DNA of 64,000 nucleotides, taken from the NCBI GenBank assembly GCA_951406725.2, contig OX597817.1, positions 96,782,001 to 96,846,000 of the forward strand, given 5' to 3'. This stretch comes from Octopus vulgaris. Lineage: Eukaryota. The notes beneath the pieces are model-generated. The model had not been told where the DNA came from and ran no database searches. It saw only the letters and a list, made by a program, of their open reading frames with translations. Position 1 is the first letter of the stretch, and every line of letters starts with the position of its first letter. The position numbers were made by a program, and so were the translations under genes. Positions 25,985 to 38,918 of this stretch are shown piece by piece.

Positions 25985-26980
25985 CATCATCATCATCATC
26001 ATCATCATTTAACGTCCGCTCTCCATGCTAGCATGGGTTGGACGGTTCAACTGGTGTCTGGGGAGCCCGAAGGCTGCACCAGGCCAGTCAGATCTGGCAG
26101 TGTTTCTACAGCTGGATGCCCTTCCTAACGCCAACCACTCCGAGAGTGTAGTGGGTGATTTTATGTGCCAGACGAGGCTGGCGAACGGCCACGCTCGGAT
26201 GGTGTTTTTATGTGCCACCGACACAGGTGCCAGACAAGGCTGGCAGACGACCACGCTCGGATGGTGTTTTTATGTGCCACCGACACAGGTGCCAGACAAG
26301 GCTAGCAGACGACCACGCTCGGATGGTGTTTTTTATGTGCCACCGACACAGGTGCCAGACGAGGCTGGCGAACGGCCACGCTCGGATGGTGTTTTTATGT
26401 GCCACTGACACAGGTGCCAGACAAGGCTAGCAGACGACCACGCTCGGATGGTGTTTTTATGTGCCACCGACACAGGTGCCAGACGAGGCTGGCGAACGGC
26501 CACGCTCGGATGGTGTTTTTATGTGCCACCGACACAGGTGCCAGACAAGGCTAGCAGACGACCACGCTCGGATGGTGTTTTTTTTTATGTGCCACCGACA
26601 CAGGTGCCAGACGAGGCTGGCGAACGGCCACGCTCGGATGGTGTTTTTATGTGCCACCGACACAGGTGCCAGACAAGGCTAGCAGACGACCACGCTCAGA
26701 TGGTGTTTTTTTATGTGCCACCGACACAGGAGCCATATTAGGCTGGCGATCAGCCACGATTGGATGGTGATTGTTACGTGCCCACAGCATGGAGGCCAGT
26801 CGGTGCGGTACTGGCTACGCCCACGTTCAGATGGTATTCTTGTGTGCCACCGGCACTGGTACCACAAAGATACAAATTCCATTGATGTTCATCTATTTTG
26901 ATTTTGTTTGATTTTCACTTGCCTCAACAGGTCTTCACAAGTGTCACAAGAAGGAAGGTATGCACAGGTGGACTGACTAG
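25985..26980 (-). mobile_element. RTE-type 3' end containing an expanded minisatellite
   Basis: (cat)n tail and sequence shared with 13920-14270. Confidence 0.75.
26163..26730. repeat. ~60-bp GC-rich minisatellite, about 9-10 units
   Basis: Unit atgtgccaccgacacaggtgccagac(a/g)aggct(a/g)gc...ccacgctcggatggtgtttt. Confidence 0.95.
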
Positions 26981-27129
26981 TAACAGTAATGAGAACATTA
27001 TTAATAATAATATCTGGTGACTATCTGGTTTACTTCATTTGAGAAAGTAATTTTTTTTAAGTAAGAATTTCTCATGATTGCATAAATATACTTTTTACAC
27101 GTTTTGTTTTGGTGAATTTTTTTTTTTTA

Positions 27130-27830
27130 ATTTAGTTTCATTGCCATCCAGTGTTTTGGAGAATCACTTGGGCATTTGTTGAATGGAAAAATCTTGAATC
27201 AACTATTTCCGCATATTTCCAGAAGTTTGCTCAATAGAATCTTACATAATTCTTTTTGTTTGGTATGTTGCACATTATCAAGGGGAATTGGTGGTTTCAT
27301 CAATATAATTTTCGTTGCAACTGGGGCAGGTTATGCAGTAAATAAGATTCTGTGCCTTGTGGTTCATGTTTGCATTTATTTGGAAGGAGAATACACTTTT
27401 ATATGAGAACCAGTATCCAAATATTTGAAATTGTTGTTGTTATTGTATATTCTACATCTTTTGTCTCCATGGAACATTCTGAATTATCTTCTGATGTAAA
27501 TTTTGCTCTTGTGAGATGCTTTTAAAGACTTTTTTGGTTGATGTTTGATGTTCCTTGAGATTTTCATCAACTAGTTTTTTCCATTTTGAGGCTTTGAAAT
27601 AGTATTCATAGGTTTAATTTGGTAGCATTAATTATGTTGGTTCCTCCTGAATCATGTGTGTTCATAAACAGAATAGTATTTTCTTCAACTTTTTTCATAG
27701 TTATCCTCAGTTGTACAATGTCTAGTTTCATTGCTCTTATAATTCCATTTTTTATTAATTTTAAGGAGTAACTCTGTTCTTTTAGGGAGCCTTTAACTTC
27801 ATTAAGTTGAATTTGACATATTTTTGGGTC
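27130..27830 (-). mobile_element. Penelope-like element fragment (RT thumb and GIY-YIG)
   Basis: LKEQSYSLKLIKNGI and NLIYCITCPSCNENYIDET on the minus strand, disrupted. Confidence 0.7.
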
Positions 27831-28229
27831 AATCACTATTGCACAAATACATCATGCCATACTATATGGAATGTTCTTTTTTTTGTAATTTTTATGTGGA
27901 TGTAATCTTTATGTGGATGTCTAAGGACAGTAACTTTTGTCACTGGTTTCTGTTGATAATGAAACCCATTTTGAAACATTTGTTTATCTTCTCTATGTTC
28001 TTTTTTACCCATGCATTTATGTATGTATACCTTTTTTGTATATAATCGTTTAAATTTTTCCTCTGAAGAAGAAGCTGGGCAGATACAAAGCTGAAGCATT
28101 AACTAAAAAACAGTCAACATCAGTGACTGAGTTACTCTATTCAACCGCCTGTGGAAGTGACAATATGTCATAAGCATATTTTAACTGACCCAAGGTTCAT
28201 TTATTCCTAATCATTGCTTAGCACTTATG

Positions 28230-29127
28230 CTATTATACATACATACATTACTTGTCTGATAACCTTAAGTACATGCCCACAGAAGTTGCATAACCCTACC
28301 ACAACATATCAGATGAAAGGACGAGCATACATCAGCAGAAGACCATGCATGGATATATTAGCAGAAAGCTCCGGGATGATAGTAACATTGATTATCAAAG
28401 CAGTCTATAATAGACCAACAACTGGATTACTAACTCCCACTTTGAAGGGTATGCGTTTGCAATCCAGGAACAGGAAATATCAACCAAATACCTAATGCAC
28501 AAAAGGGACAGAGATGCAAGAAAAGCAGCAAAAAAAACAAAGAAGACTTTATGGAGTTAACACCAAAGATATCAGCCACATCATAAGCAGTTGTCCGAAA
28601 ATGTCATCACAGTATTATCTACTGATGAGACAGGATGTTGTATCCAAAACACTGTATAATGAGATCCATCAGAAGGATAACTTCAGGGCCTAAGAAATAA
28701 GACCCCTCAGTATGGTAGAAGCCATAGCCACTCTTAATAAAAAGGAATATTGGTGGAACGTTCCAGTGAAAACCTCAATAAAATGTAAATGTAATAGACC
28801 TGACATAGTGATTTGGGATAGAGAAGAAACTGTGTACAGTAGGGGAAATTAGCTACCCACTGGATGTTAACATAAAAGCTAGAGATCAGCGAAAAGGAAA
28901 ATACTTATGCTGAACTATTGAGAAATCTCCAGTTACTCTATCCAAGTTCAGATTTATACCTGTAATTATTGGGTCACTGTGATATGTAACACACTGCCTA
29001 AGTATGAAGCCTGAGAAATCAGGCTTCTCAAAGCCAGAAAGGAGAAAGCTGATTCGAAGATTACAGATCCAAGCTATCACTGGAACTGTAAACATCTGTA
29101 AAACTTTCCAGAAGTTTATTATTTGAG
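28230..29127 (+). mobile_element. RLE-type non-LTR retrotransposon 3' fragment (R4/NeSL-like)
   Basis: Broken frames give KDISHIISSCPKM...RQD (CCHC and RH region) and NRPDIVIWDRE (PD-D/E-K nuclease). Confidence 0.7.
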
Positions 29128-29164
29128 TATATATAAGCATGTCTAGACATGCTTATATATATAT

Positions 29165-29892
29165 GGGTGGAGCAGAGAAGATGAACGTTTTTAAAATGGC
29201 TATTACTCAGCCCCAGGGGGAGGGACATATGTCCAACAGGTACCATTCGGCCTGTGGTATCTTAGCATTTTTTTTCTTTTCAGGTAAAGCCATGGTACAG
29301 TGAATGATATAGCATCACGTGTTTGTCTACGACTGTTATGTGAAGAATGGCGAGTCTTTCACAGCAGTTCAGTATGAGTTTTAGCACCACTTCAACATAC
29401 ACCAAAATCAAGCTGTTCCCACTCATAACACAATCTTACATTGTATATGAGGTACACTAATGAATAGGAAACCAGTGGGGACACACACCATGAATGGTAC
29501 AAACCCTAGAAAATGTGGAACGCATCAGACAAGCTTTGATACAGAGTCCAAATCACTCTGCTTGGAGGCATTCCACTGAACTTGGCATCGGTAATCAATT
29601 GGTAAGGCGTATTTTACATGAAGGCCTGCATTTCCACCCATACAAATTAGTCATTGGGCAAAAGTTGAAATTAACAGAGCAATCCTGGAGAGAGTGGAGG
29701 CCAACTTCCAAGAATGCCTTCAGAAATGCATCAATGAAAATGGACATCACATGAGGGTTGTTGTTTTCCACACTTGATTTTGACAAATGCTAATTCAATA
29801 CAGATACATTGATGTCAATAAAATTTGTTTACAACTAAAATTAATGATTTTGTGAATTTTTTGAACACATCCGTCCTCTGTGCCCTACTCTG
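29165..29892 (+). mobile_element. Internally deleted mariner-like transposon
   Basis: ORF 29494-29754 ENVERIRQ...SP.HS..R.S.ELG....VRRILH..L.FHPYK; degenerate TIRs near 29165 and 29892. Confidence 0.65.
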
Positions 29893-30540
29893 TATATGCA
29901 TGAGAATACATATATGAAACAAAACATACAAATCTGCACATATACATACATAAATACATGAATGCATGCATGCTGCATACATACACACACACGCATACAT
30001 ACATACAAAAATATCTTGTTGATGTTGTTGAAATCCCAATGAAGGAGCCTCGGATCTAGGTTAGAAACTGGCTCTTTCTCTACCCTCCTCCTCCTTCTTC
30101 TTCAAATAACACACACACACAATGGAAGATGCACAATGTGAAAGCATATCTTTGATGCAAGCCTGATGAAGTGCCACTCAAATGTCTAAACCTGCAAGCA
30201 TTACATAAATTTTCACTTTGAATTTTTGTGTAAACTGGTGTTACAAGCTGAGTTGGTACAGAAACAACTGTAAAGAATCATTAAAGATTTGTTAAAGAAT
30301 TTCTTTGTCTTCTTATTATTTGGATTATAATTTACTCTTTTCCACACCCACACTATGGGGTTACCATTGTAAAACCTGGATTTTCTTCACTTGAAGAATT
30401 TTGGTATTAGTCTGGAATCCAATTGTGTTAATAACCCAGAACTTGAGCTGAGTGCTTCACTGGAAATAGCCTACATTTATACCCTACCAGGATCTAAGAT
30501 ATATATATGTTTAGTAGGTTGTTTGTTATGGCTGGTCAGA

Positions 30541-30600
30541 GAGTAACCATTGGTTTCACACCTATAAAGCACTTGGCTGTATAGGTGACTCATCAGACTC
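30541..30600 (-). ncRNA. Type I hammerhead ribozyme, intact core
   Basis: Minus strand gagt-CTGATGA-gt-cacctata...tataggtg-t-GAAA-ccaatgg-TT-actc. Confidence 0.75.
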
Positions 30601-30632
30601 AAAAGGTTGGACTGGAGGTAGGCTGGCTATTT

Positions 30633-30692
30633 GAGTCTGACAAGTCACCTACACAGCTAAGCGCTTTATAGCTGTGAAACCAATGGTGACTC
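30633..30692 (+). ncRNA. Inverted second hammerhead copy, mutated (G8A, H17=G)
   Basis: gagt-CTGACAA-gtcacctacacagct...agctgt-GAAA-ccaatgg-TG-actc. Confidence 0.6.
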
Positions 30693-31841
30693 TTTAACCG
30701 GCCATAACAAACAACCTTCTATATGTATTATTACTCTAATGTTGTAGAATGTGCTTCTTTTTCGGATAAATGAACTACTGATGACACACACACACACATA
30801 TATACATGGTTTAGTGGTTGCGTATTACACTCATGACCTACTGATCATGGTTTCAATTTCTAGACTGAGTGGTGTATTGTGTTCTTGAGCAAAACACTTC
30901 ATCTCATTTTGCTCTGTGGTCACTTTGACACCTGACGCGTAGTACACCACGAACCTATTCAGATAACAGTGAATAGATGGTGACATGAACATTTGATGAC
31001 TATAAATAAATCAGTTGTGCAGGTCGTTCAACAAAAGTTGAATGCTCATTCATCATCTTCGAGAGGAGAGTCCATCATATATGTGTTAATGACATGGTTT
31101 TCGAGAGTTAAGTAAACTTTTTTTATAACTATTGATTGTTAAATTTGAATCTATAATTATTTTAGTTGTTATTGATAATTTAGATATATATATACGTAAA
31201 TTTTAAGATATTAGTCACTGTGGTATATAGATCGTAAAATAGTCATACGATTTTTTAAAGATAGGTTATACATTTTTAATTTAATTTTTATTTTCAAAAT
31301 TGTATTTCATAAATATATTCTATAGATATTTATCATATTTATGTAAGTAATAATGGACTAATTTATTTATTTTTGGTTATATGTTTATATATTTATTAAT
31401 AGAGAAAATTTTATATTTTAGATTTTTAATTACTATATTTGTTGATTATAATTTAGATACTTATTTTTATGTATTTATTATTTTATACTTATTCAATCTG
31501 AACTTAAATCTAAAAATATTAATAGTGATTATTTTGTTAAATAATTTGGTAATTAAATATTGGAGTATAACTGAGTTTAAGATATTCAATAGTTTTTTAT
31601 GTTTTTTAAAGCCAAAATATATCTTCAAAGATAAATACATATTTCTACATATTTCTATCTATTTTTTACCTTAAAAATTAAATATTTAACATAATAAGTG
31701 TGTTGTAGGAAATAATCCTAATGTTTTAAGTTTCTAATTTAGTTAATGAAGTATTTTTCTATAAGAAAAATTATTATTTTATTTATTTCTTAAATAAATA
31801 TTGTTTAACTCTATTTGCTTATTTATTTAACTATTATCATT

Positions 31842-31941
31842 AACCTGAAGATTGACTATAATTTTAAATCGAATTTATTTCAATTGAATTTAAACTTAAT
31901 TGTAATTCGAATTTAATTGTAGCCATGAAACATATGTAGTT
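31842..31941 (+). ncRNA. Type I hammerhead ribozyme with long helix II, in an extremely AT-rich Penelope-type terminal repeat
   Basis: aac-CTGAAGA-ttgactataatt...aattgtagccat-GAAA-catatg-TA-gtt. Confidence 0.7.
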
Positions 31942-32362
31942 TTTTTAATTAATATATTATATATTGATCATTCATTTTTATACTTTTTGAGATCTAGTTA
32001 TAAGTTATACGTTTTATAAAAATATATTATTTGTCATTTATGTATTGGTTTATGTCTATTGTGGTGTTGGCGGTGTTATGGGCTGTGATGAGCTATGTGG
32101 TGTTGGTGGAAAGGATGACAGATGAGGTGGACGGAAGTAAGGCTTGCAGAGGCCGGCGGAAGAGTGAAAGGCACATGTGTGGGCAGGAAGCACGTGTGGT
32201 CAGCGAGCAGAGCGACAATGTTGAATTCGTGAGAGACTACTGATTTCAACAAGGTAAGGCCTTTTGTATTTCTTTCTCCCGTTGCTTCTTTTTCTGTTGT
32301 CCTTTACCTCCATCACGCTACAAGCTATTTCGGCTCATAAAAAAAACAAAAAAAAACGAACA

Positions 32363-33067
32363 ATGAGTGTTGCCCATATTTCGAACGAGATGATCAAACC
32401 ATTTTGCGGTGTCACAGATGTAGTCGCTTGGTTTAAGAAGGTGAAGTTGGTGGTGAAGCTCCACGGAATAAGCGACCTAGTGAGTTTTATACCGCTGTAC
32501 TTGGATGGTTTGGCATTGGCGCTGTATCTAGAAATGGAAGAGAGGGACCAACTTAGCACGGAGAAAATAGAAATTCGGTTGATGGAGGCCTTTGCGGAGG
32601 GAATGTTTGAGGCATACGCTTGCCTGGGGAAAACAAAATGGACTGGGGAACAGGTTGACATATTTGCCAATGAACTTAGGAGATTGGCTAAACTGGCGGG
32701 TTATGAGGGAGAGTCGCTGGACCGGACGGTTAAGTTGGCGTTTGTGACTGGCTTTCCTGACAACATGTCAGTCGAGTTGCAGAAGCTTCCAAACATTCAC
32801 TCGATGGCAATGGCGGACATCATATCTTGGGCTCGCGTGCTAGTTTTGTGCTGCAGAGCAACGTCGGTAGCAGCGACTGCAACAACGCAAAGTGGCCGAG
32901 CAAGGAGCAGCGGAGAGGGGTCGAAGAAAGAACATGTGCGACCATTCAAAGGACAGTGTTCCCGGTGTCAGGGCCCGCATATGGTACGAGACTGCAAGTC
33001 ACCCAAGCCTGAGGTCATTTGCTGCTGGTGTCGAGAAACGGGGCATATAGCCAGTGAATGTCTGTGA
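32363..33067 (+). CDS. gag: Gag with two CCHC zinc knuckles
   Basis: CSRCQGPHMVRDC and CCWCRETGHIASEC. Confidence 0.8.
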   Translation: MSVAHISNEMIKPFCGVTDVVAWFKKVKLVVKLHGISDLVSFIPLYLDGLALALYLEMEERDQLSTEKIEIRLMEAFAEGMFEAYACLGKTKWTGEQVDIFANELRRLAKLAGYEGESLDRTVKLAFVTGFPDNMSVELQKLPNIHSMAMADIISWARVLVLCCRATSVAATATTQSGRARSSGEGSKKEHVRPFKGQCSRCQGPHMVRDCKSPKPEVICCWCRETGHIASECL

Positions 33068-33123
33068 GGAAACGGTCTGAGGGAGACTAGTGCGCTGGTA
33101 GTTGTCCCTTTGGATCAATAGAG

Positions 33124-35664
33124 GTGCGTTTATCATCATTACCTGTAGTCGACATTCTGGTGGAGGGGAAGATGTCGCGAGCCCTTGTGGATATGGGCTG
33201 TACGACAACCCTGATGACTTCAGAAGTGGCAGAGATATGGAGTGGAGAAAGCAGTGTAAGAGCAGTCGACGGAAGAGAAGTACACTGTGAAGGCGTTACA
33301 GATGTGCAGATTGTGGTGCAGGGAATAAGACTGATGCTGCGAGCAATTGTAGTTGGCCACTTGGTGGACGAGATTGACATAGTGATGGGGATGGATGCAA
33401 TCACCCATTTGGGAGGTGTCACCTTTAACGAGGCCGGTGTAATGTTCGGGTTTGCGGGGAAACCATGTATGGCGAGACCATGCACTGGCGACAACCGTGA
33501 GGAAAAGCATGCTGCACTGGTGAGAACCGTGAGGAAAAGCATGCTGCACAGGCCATTGAAGATCAGGACTTTTAGGCTGTCTTCGATGGCAGTGAAGTGG
33601 CACTGGAAGGGAGAGCCCCGACGTTAAAAAATAAAGTGGGCTGCTATCAGCATACTCTAAAAGGAGATGCCAGAAGTGAGTTCAAGGGAGAGGTGAAGTG
33701 GTGGATTAAGGAGGGCATATTGATCCCTTGGGAAAAAGAAGAGAGCAGAGTCCTGCCACTGATGGCAGTGATACAGCCCACAAAGCATAAGGTCAGGCCA
33801 GTGCTTGACTTCCAAGAGCTGAATGACCACGTATCATGTCATACAGGTGGCGAGGCCACGGATGTCTACGGAGACACCTTGTGAGAGTGGACACAGATGA
33901 CAAGGGCCTCCATGATCGTCGATTTGAAGTCAGCATACCTACAGGTGCATGTGGCTGAGAAACTGTGGAAGTATCAGCTTGTCAGGTATAAGGGCTGGAC
34001 GTACTGTCTGACCAGGTTGGGGTTCGGGCTGAATTCAGCGCCAAAGATTATGGCAACAATTCTCAAGGCCATCCTGGGAAAGGTGGACAGAGTAAAAAAG
34101 GCCACTAATTTGCACATTGATGATATTCTGGTGGATGAAACCGTAATGCCAGCAACGGAGGTCATAGGCCACCTGAAGAGTTGTGGACTGATCACCAAGC
34201 CACCAGAGGCAATGGAGGGAGGTGCTGCACTGGTCCTCAAGCTATGGAGAGACAAGGTTGGTGTTCTGGCGAGGGAACGAGATCCCCGAACTGGGCACCA
34301 GCATGAGTAGACAGGAACTGTTCTCAGTGTGTGGGAAGCTGGTGGGACACTACCCGATTGCAGGATGGCTCTGGACAGCATGTAGCTTCATCAAGAGAGC
34401 CAAAGGAGTGAAGTGAAACGATAAAGTGGGGGAGAAGACGGCTGACATGATACAGGAAGTCTTGGTCAGAGTAAGAGCAGAGGATCCAGTGAGGGGCAGT
34501 TGGTATGTTCCCAAATCAAAGAGCAGAATTGTATGGTGTGATGCCAGTAGCATCGCAATAGGGGTTGTTTTAGAAGTGGGAGGTGTCATGGTGGAAGATG
34601 CAGCCTGGCTCAGGAAGACGGATGATTGCAATCATATCAATGTGGCGGAGTTGGATGCCGTGTTGAAGGGAGTGAACCTAGCCTTGAAGTTGGGGTTGAA
34701 CACTATAGAAATCAGGACTGATTCGGCCACTGTACTTGGTTGCGTAACAGCAGTCATCGCCAATGAGCGGAGGGTGCGAACCAAAAGGGCCACAGAGATG
34801 CTAGTAAAGCGTCAATTGGGGATACTGTGTGAACTAACCACTGAGTTCAATCTGAAGCTGAGTGTGATCTTTGTGCCTTCCCAGAAGAACAGGGCAGACG
34901 TCCTGACCAGGGTAAAGCGAGCCTGGTTGCAGGTGCCAGAGGATGCGGAGCAGGCTGTGGCTGCAGTATGCCGTCTGAGTGACTCAGAGTTGCAGAGATT
35001 GCATACCATGCATCACATGGGGTTGGACAGGACATTGTTCCTAGCTAGGAAAGTTGATTCCGATGTAAAAAGACGGAGTGTGCAGAGAGTGGTTAGCAGC
35101 TGACAGGTGCCAGTCCATCAACCCTGCTCTGGGCGTACATGAGGCGGGAAGTATTCCAGTGGACCACAGCTGGAAACGACTGGCGGTGGACATAACACAC
35201 TACCAGCAGGGTACATACCTCTTAATGGTTGACTGCGGACCAGGGCGGTTGGCCATATGGTGGGAGATGAAGACGGGACCGCAGAGGAAATTGTGAAAGT
35301 ATTGAATGAGATATTCCTGGAACAAGGCCCCGTGGATGAAATACTTCTGGATAATGGCACTGCATTTCGCCCGGAGGTGCTGAAAGAAATGCTTGATGGG
35401 TGGAAGGTCAACCGCTTCTTCAGGGTGGCATACCAGCCAAGTGGAAATGGGGTGGTGGAAAGGCATCATCATACCATCAAGACCATGGCAGAGAGGGGCC
35501 ACATTTCACCAATCGAGGATGTATTTTGGTACAATATGTCGCCCAGATCAAGACAGGCTGAGGAGTCGGTGCCACACAGGGAAATATTCAGGTACAAGTG
35601 GAGGCATCCATTTACTGCATCAATGCGACCCAGGGCAGAGGAAGAGCACGCCTTCATGCAGGTC
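33124..35664 (+). pseudogene. pol: Pol pseudogene (protease, RT, RNase H, integrase)
   Basis: ALVDMG (PR), VDLKSAY and HIDDIL (RT), WCDAS/NVAEL/RTDS (RH), LAVDIT/LDNG/NGVVER (IN) across frameshifted ORFs. Confidence 0.85.
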
Positions 35665-35844
35665 GGCTTGCTGGGGCCGGTGGAAGAGTGAAAGGCGCAT
35701 GCGTGAGCACAAAACACATGTGGTCAGTGAGCAAGTGGGGTCAGTTCCAGCACAGATGGCAGAGCGACAAGATGTGTTGAATTCGTGAGAGACCACTGAT
35801 TTCGCTGAGGTAAGGCCTTTTGTATTTCTTTCTCTGAAGATCAT

Positions 35845-36712
35845 TCAACCAACTACCCACACCCTCCTCTCAACCCAACCACATGCCTTAACTTGTCTCA
35901 TAATCAACCAACCAGCGAGGAGGGTACTGCTCCCTCTGTGACTGCTGCGGGACTTTAGGACTGACCTCAGTTCCTGGCATGTTCCTGCCGCCTTCGTCCT
36001 TTTGTCCATTACTGTTGGCCCCACCCTCCATTGCATTGATGATCCTGCGCACATCCAAAACATGTCGTGGCATGCCATCTATGGATATGTTGTTCCTTGA
36101 ATTCACAGAGGTTATTGCTCCCTTTTCCCACTGTGATGTGCACCACACATTTGGGGGCTTAACCCAGATTTCTTCTCTGACCTGTACAAAGCATGCTCTT
36201 TCTCTTCTGCAGGATGCGGCGATGCAGTACATGGATGCCTCCAATCATACTTGAATATTGCCCTGTGTGGCATTGACCTCAGCCTGTCCCATCCTGAGTG
36301 ACATATTAATACCAAAAAACAGCCTTGATTGATGAGATGTGGCTCCTCTCTGCTATGGTCTTGATGGTACAATGATGCCTCTCCACAACCCCATTGCCAC
36401 TTGGCCAGTATGCTGCCCTGAAGAAACAGCTGACATGTCACTTGTTGAGCATTTCCCCCAGCACCTCTGAGCAAAACACAGTGCCATTGTCCACAAGCAG
36501 CTCATCCACAGGGCCTCATTCTAGAAATATCTCATACAGTATTCTTGTGATTTCCTCTCCAGTCCCTATCTTCATCTCCCTCCATATGGCCAACCTGCCC
36601 GGTCCACAGGCGACCATCAAGAGGTATGTCCCCTGCCGGTAATGCATCATGTCCACTGCCAGTCCTTTCCAGTTGTGTTCCACTGGAATGCTTCCTGCCT
36701 CTTCACACCATA
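35845..36712 (-). mobile_element. Inverted integrase and 3' fragment of a related Gypsy copy
   Basis: Reverse complement aligns to 35130-35664 and continues (WVKPPNVWCTSQW..G.IT) to a purine-rich PPT-like tract near 35850-35875. Confidence 0.8.
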
Positions 36713-38202
36713 TCTAGATGGAAGTACCTGAGCTGACCATTGTTATAGACAATTCTTTCACAACATACATAATTGGGAGTGTGAACATAGACCACGGCTA
36801 CTGACCATTTCTTCATATCATGCCAAGGCAAGATGCTAGTGATGGTCAAGGCTACAGACAGTTCTACAATGTCAATAATGGAATGGCAGCTAAAGCTCTG
36901 GCTACAGAGTGTTTCCCCAACATCCCACCCGACAAAAGGCATTTTGCTCAACACTCTAATGATTCTGCTAGTTTGATGCAGTGCCTGAAATTAGGGTGGG
37001 TATGGGGATCAGCCGATTACATCGAACCCAGGACTTGACTTGTACTTTGCAGATGAAAGACATGTGACCACGGCAGAATTTGAACGAAAAACATAAGGAG
37101 TTGGAACAAGTACCACAAAGCATTTTTTCTGACACTAATGATTTTGCCAGATTGTAATAATAATTCTTTGTACTCTAAACACACGACCTGAAATTCTTGG
37201 GGAGAGGATAGTCGATTACATCAACCCCAGTGCTAATTTCATCAACACTGGAAGGATGAAAACCAAAAGCAATCACAGTGGAATTTGAACTCAGAAGAAA
37301 TGCTGCAAGGCATTTTGCCCGGCTTCCTGACAATCCTTTGCTGCCAGCTTGCCAACTGTGTAAACTACTTTTTGCACACTCTGCCTGGTCACATCAGAAT
37401 GGTGATGGTGATGGTAGAGAAAGGTGACGTTGAGATGAATGTGACGGTGGTCAAAAACATCTTGAGATGTTGCATGTTGGTGTCGTTGCGGGAACATGGC
37501 TGAGTCACTGGAACTGGCTGGTCTGTCGCTAGATGCTGTGTGGTCAATGATCGAGGACCAAAGACGCAATACGGTTTGTTGTGACTAGCTTTATAGAGAT
37601 TATTTGGCTCAAACAAAGCATTTAGAAGACTGTGTCATGGGACCTTATCCAAAGGCCATGATTGGTTGGTTTACACAATGGCATGAAATAAAACTGCACC
37701 AAAACTAACCAATTAGGGCAGTGGATACAACCGATCCCTAGCTTCCGAAGGATGGCTGCTATCTGCCACGACATTATTTCTATGATGTCTCTCAAACAGT
37801 GAGGATATCACTGAGGTATGCTACAAACTTGACCAACATATTTAAAATTTTTGTTTCATTTCTGATCATTCTAATGTCTAAGAAAAAATACTGATCTGTA
37901 TGAGTCATTTCTCAAATATTCTAGAGAATTGAAAAGATAAATTTATCTTATTTTGTCTTACTCATTCTGCCCCAGTTAAATTTGTCTTTTATATGCTCAA
38001 AGAGAATGGAGATAATTTTCTGAAATAGTACTTAGATTATGTTATAGTGTTTTTAGTGCTTTTAGAGAGGGTCATTTTCTTAGATGATTTAGCTTTTGTA
38101 AGTTAGTGAACATTTGTAAAAAGTATATTTTATCTCAAAGTCAAAAATGTATAAATCTTACTCATTGTGTCCCGTTCGATATGCACAACTTGTCGAAGAA
38201 TG

Positions 38203-38918
38203 GGATCTTTTCCTTTTGAACGGCAGTTTTCAACACAATTTCTAGTTAACTAAACACTTTTAAACTTCGTATACTGGTAGAATGTGTTAAATTAAAACAT
38301 ACTTTTCTCTTGGCTTTCTTGAGAAAATTGTAATTTGTAAGTTTAACGTAGTTTAATTTTAACCAATCGATGACCTCTTTTGAGCTAAAATCATTTACTG
38401 CGTCTAAAACTGAGTAAACATCCTGTCACTATTATGTTTACGTTCGGAAAACGTGTGTATAAAATTATAGAATTATTTTGTTTGTTAATTGTTTAAATTA
38501 TTTTCCATTGCTTTCGTTTTTTTTTTCTTAAGCAATGGAAAATAGTTTAAACAATACACGTGTATCTCAAAACAAAAACAAAACGAATAATTTTAGACAC
38601 ACGCGTAACAATTAAATTAAGTTAACAATTAAGAAAAAAAAAACGAAAGGCTAGAATTTAGGGTTAGGGTTAGTGTAGGGTCAGTGACAGGATGTTGTCT
38701 CAGTTTTCGACGCAGCAAATGATTTTAGCTCAATAGAGGCAATCGATTGGTGAAAATTCGAAAAATTAAACTACGTTAAACTTACAAATTACAATTTTCT
38801 CAAGAAAACCAAGAGAAAAAATGTTTTATTTTGACACATTCTACCAGTATACGAAGTTTTAAAGTGTTTAGTTAACTAGAAATTGTGTTGAAAACTGCCG
38901 TTCAAAAGGAAAAGATCC
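38203..38918. mobile_element. 716-bp MITE, ~230 bp TIRs, 8-bp TSD, internal TTAGGG repeats
   Basis: Ends ggatcttttccttttgaacggcag / ctgccgttcaaaaggaaaagatcc; TSD gaagaatg at 38195-38202 and 38919-38926. Confidence 0.9.

Larger units (their letters stand above)
32060..35833 (+). mobile_element. Ty3/Gypsy LTR retrotransposon, decayed, with 5' LTR and partial 3' LTR
   Basis: LTR tgtggtgt...acgctaca at 32060-32322; 35665-35833 repeats 32141-32279; domain order gag-PR-RT-RH-IN. Confidence 0.9.

Noticed and set aside
26163-26730. CRISPR-like regular repeats
   Set aside because: The intervening segments are only two recurring variants rather than unique spacers; no cas genes; eukaryotic context
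28055-28110. Possible hammerhead (ctgaaga...agct-gaag)
   Set aside because: GAAA, helix III and helix I cannot be completed
30155-30200. ctgatga motif
   Set aside because: No GAAA or closing helix I
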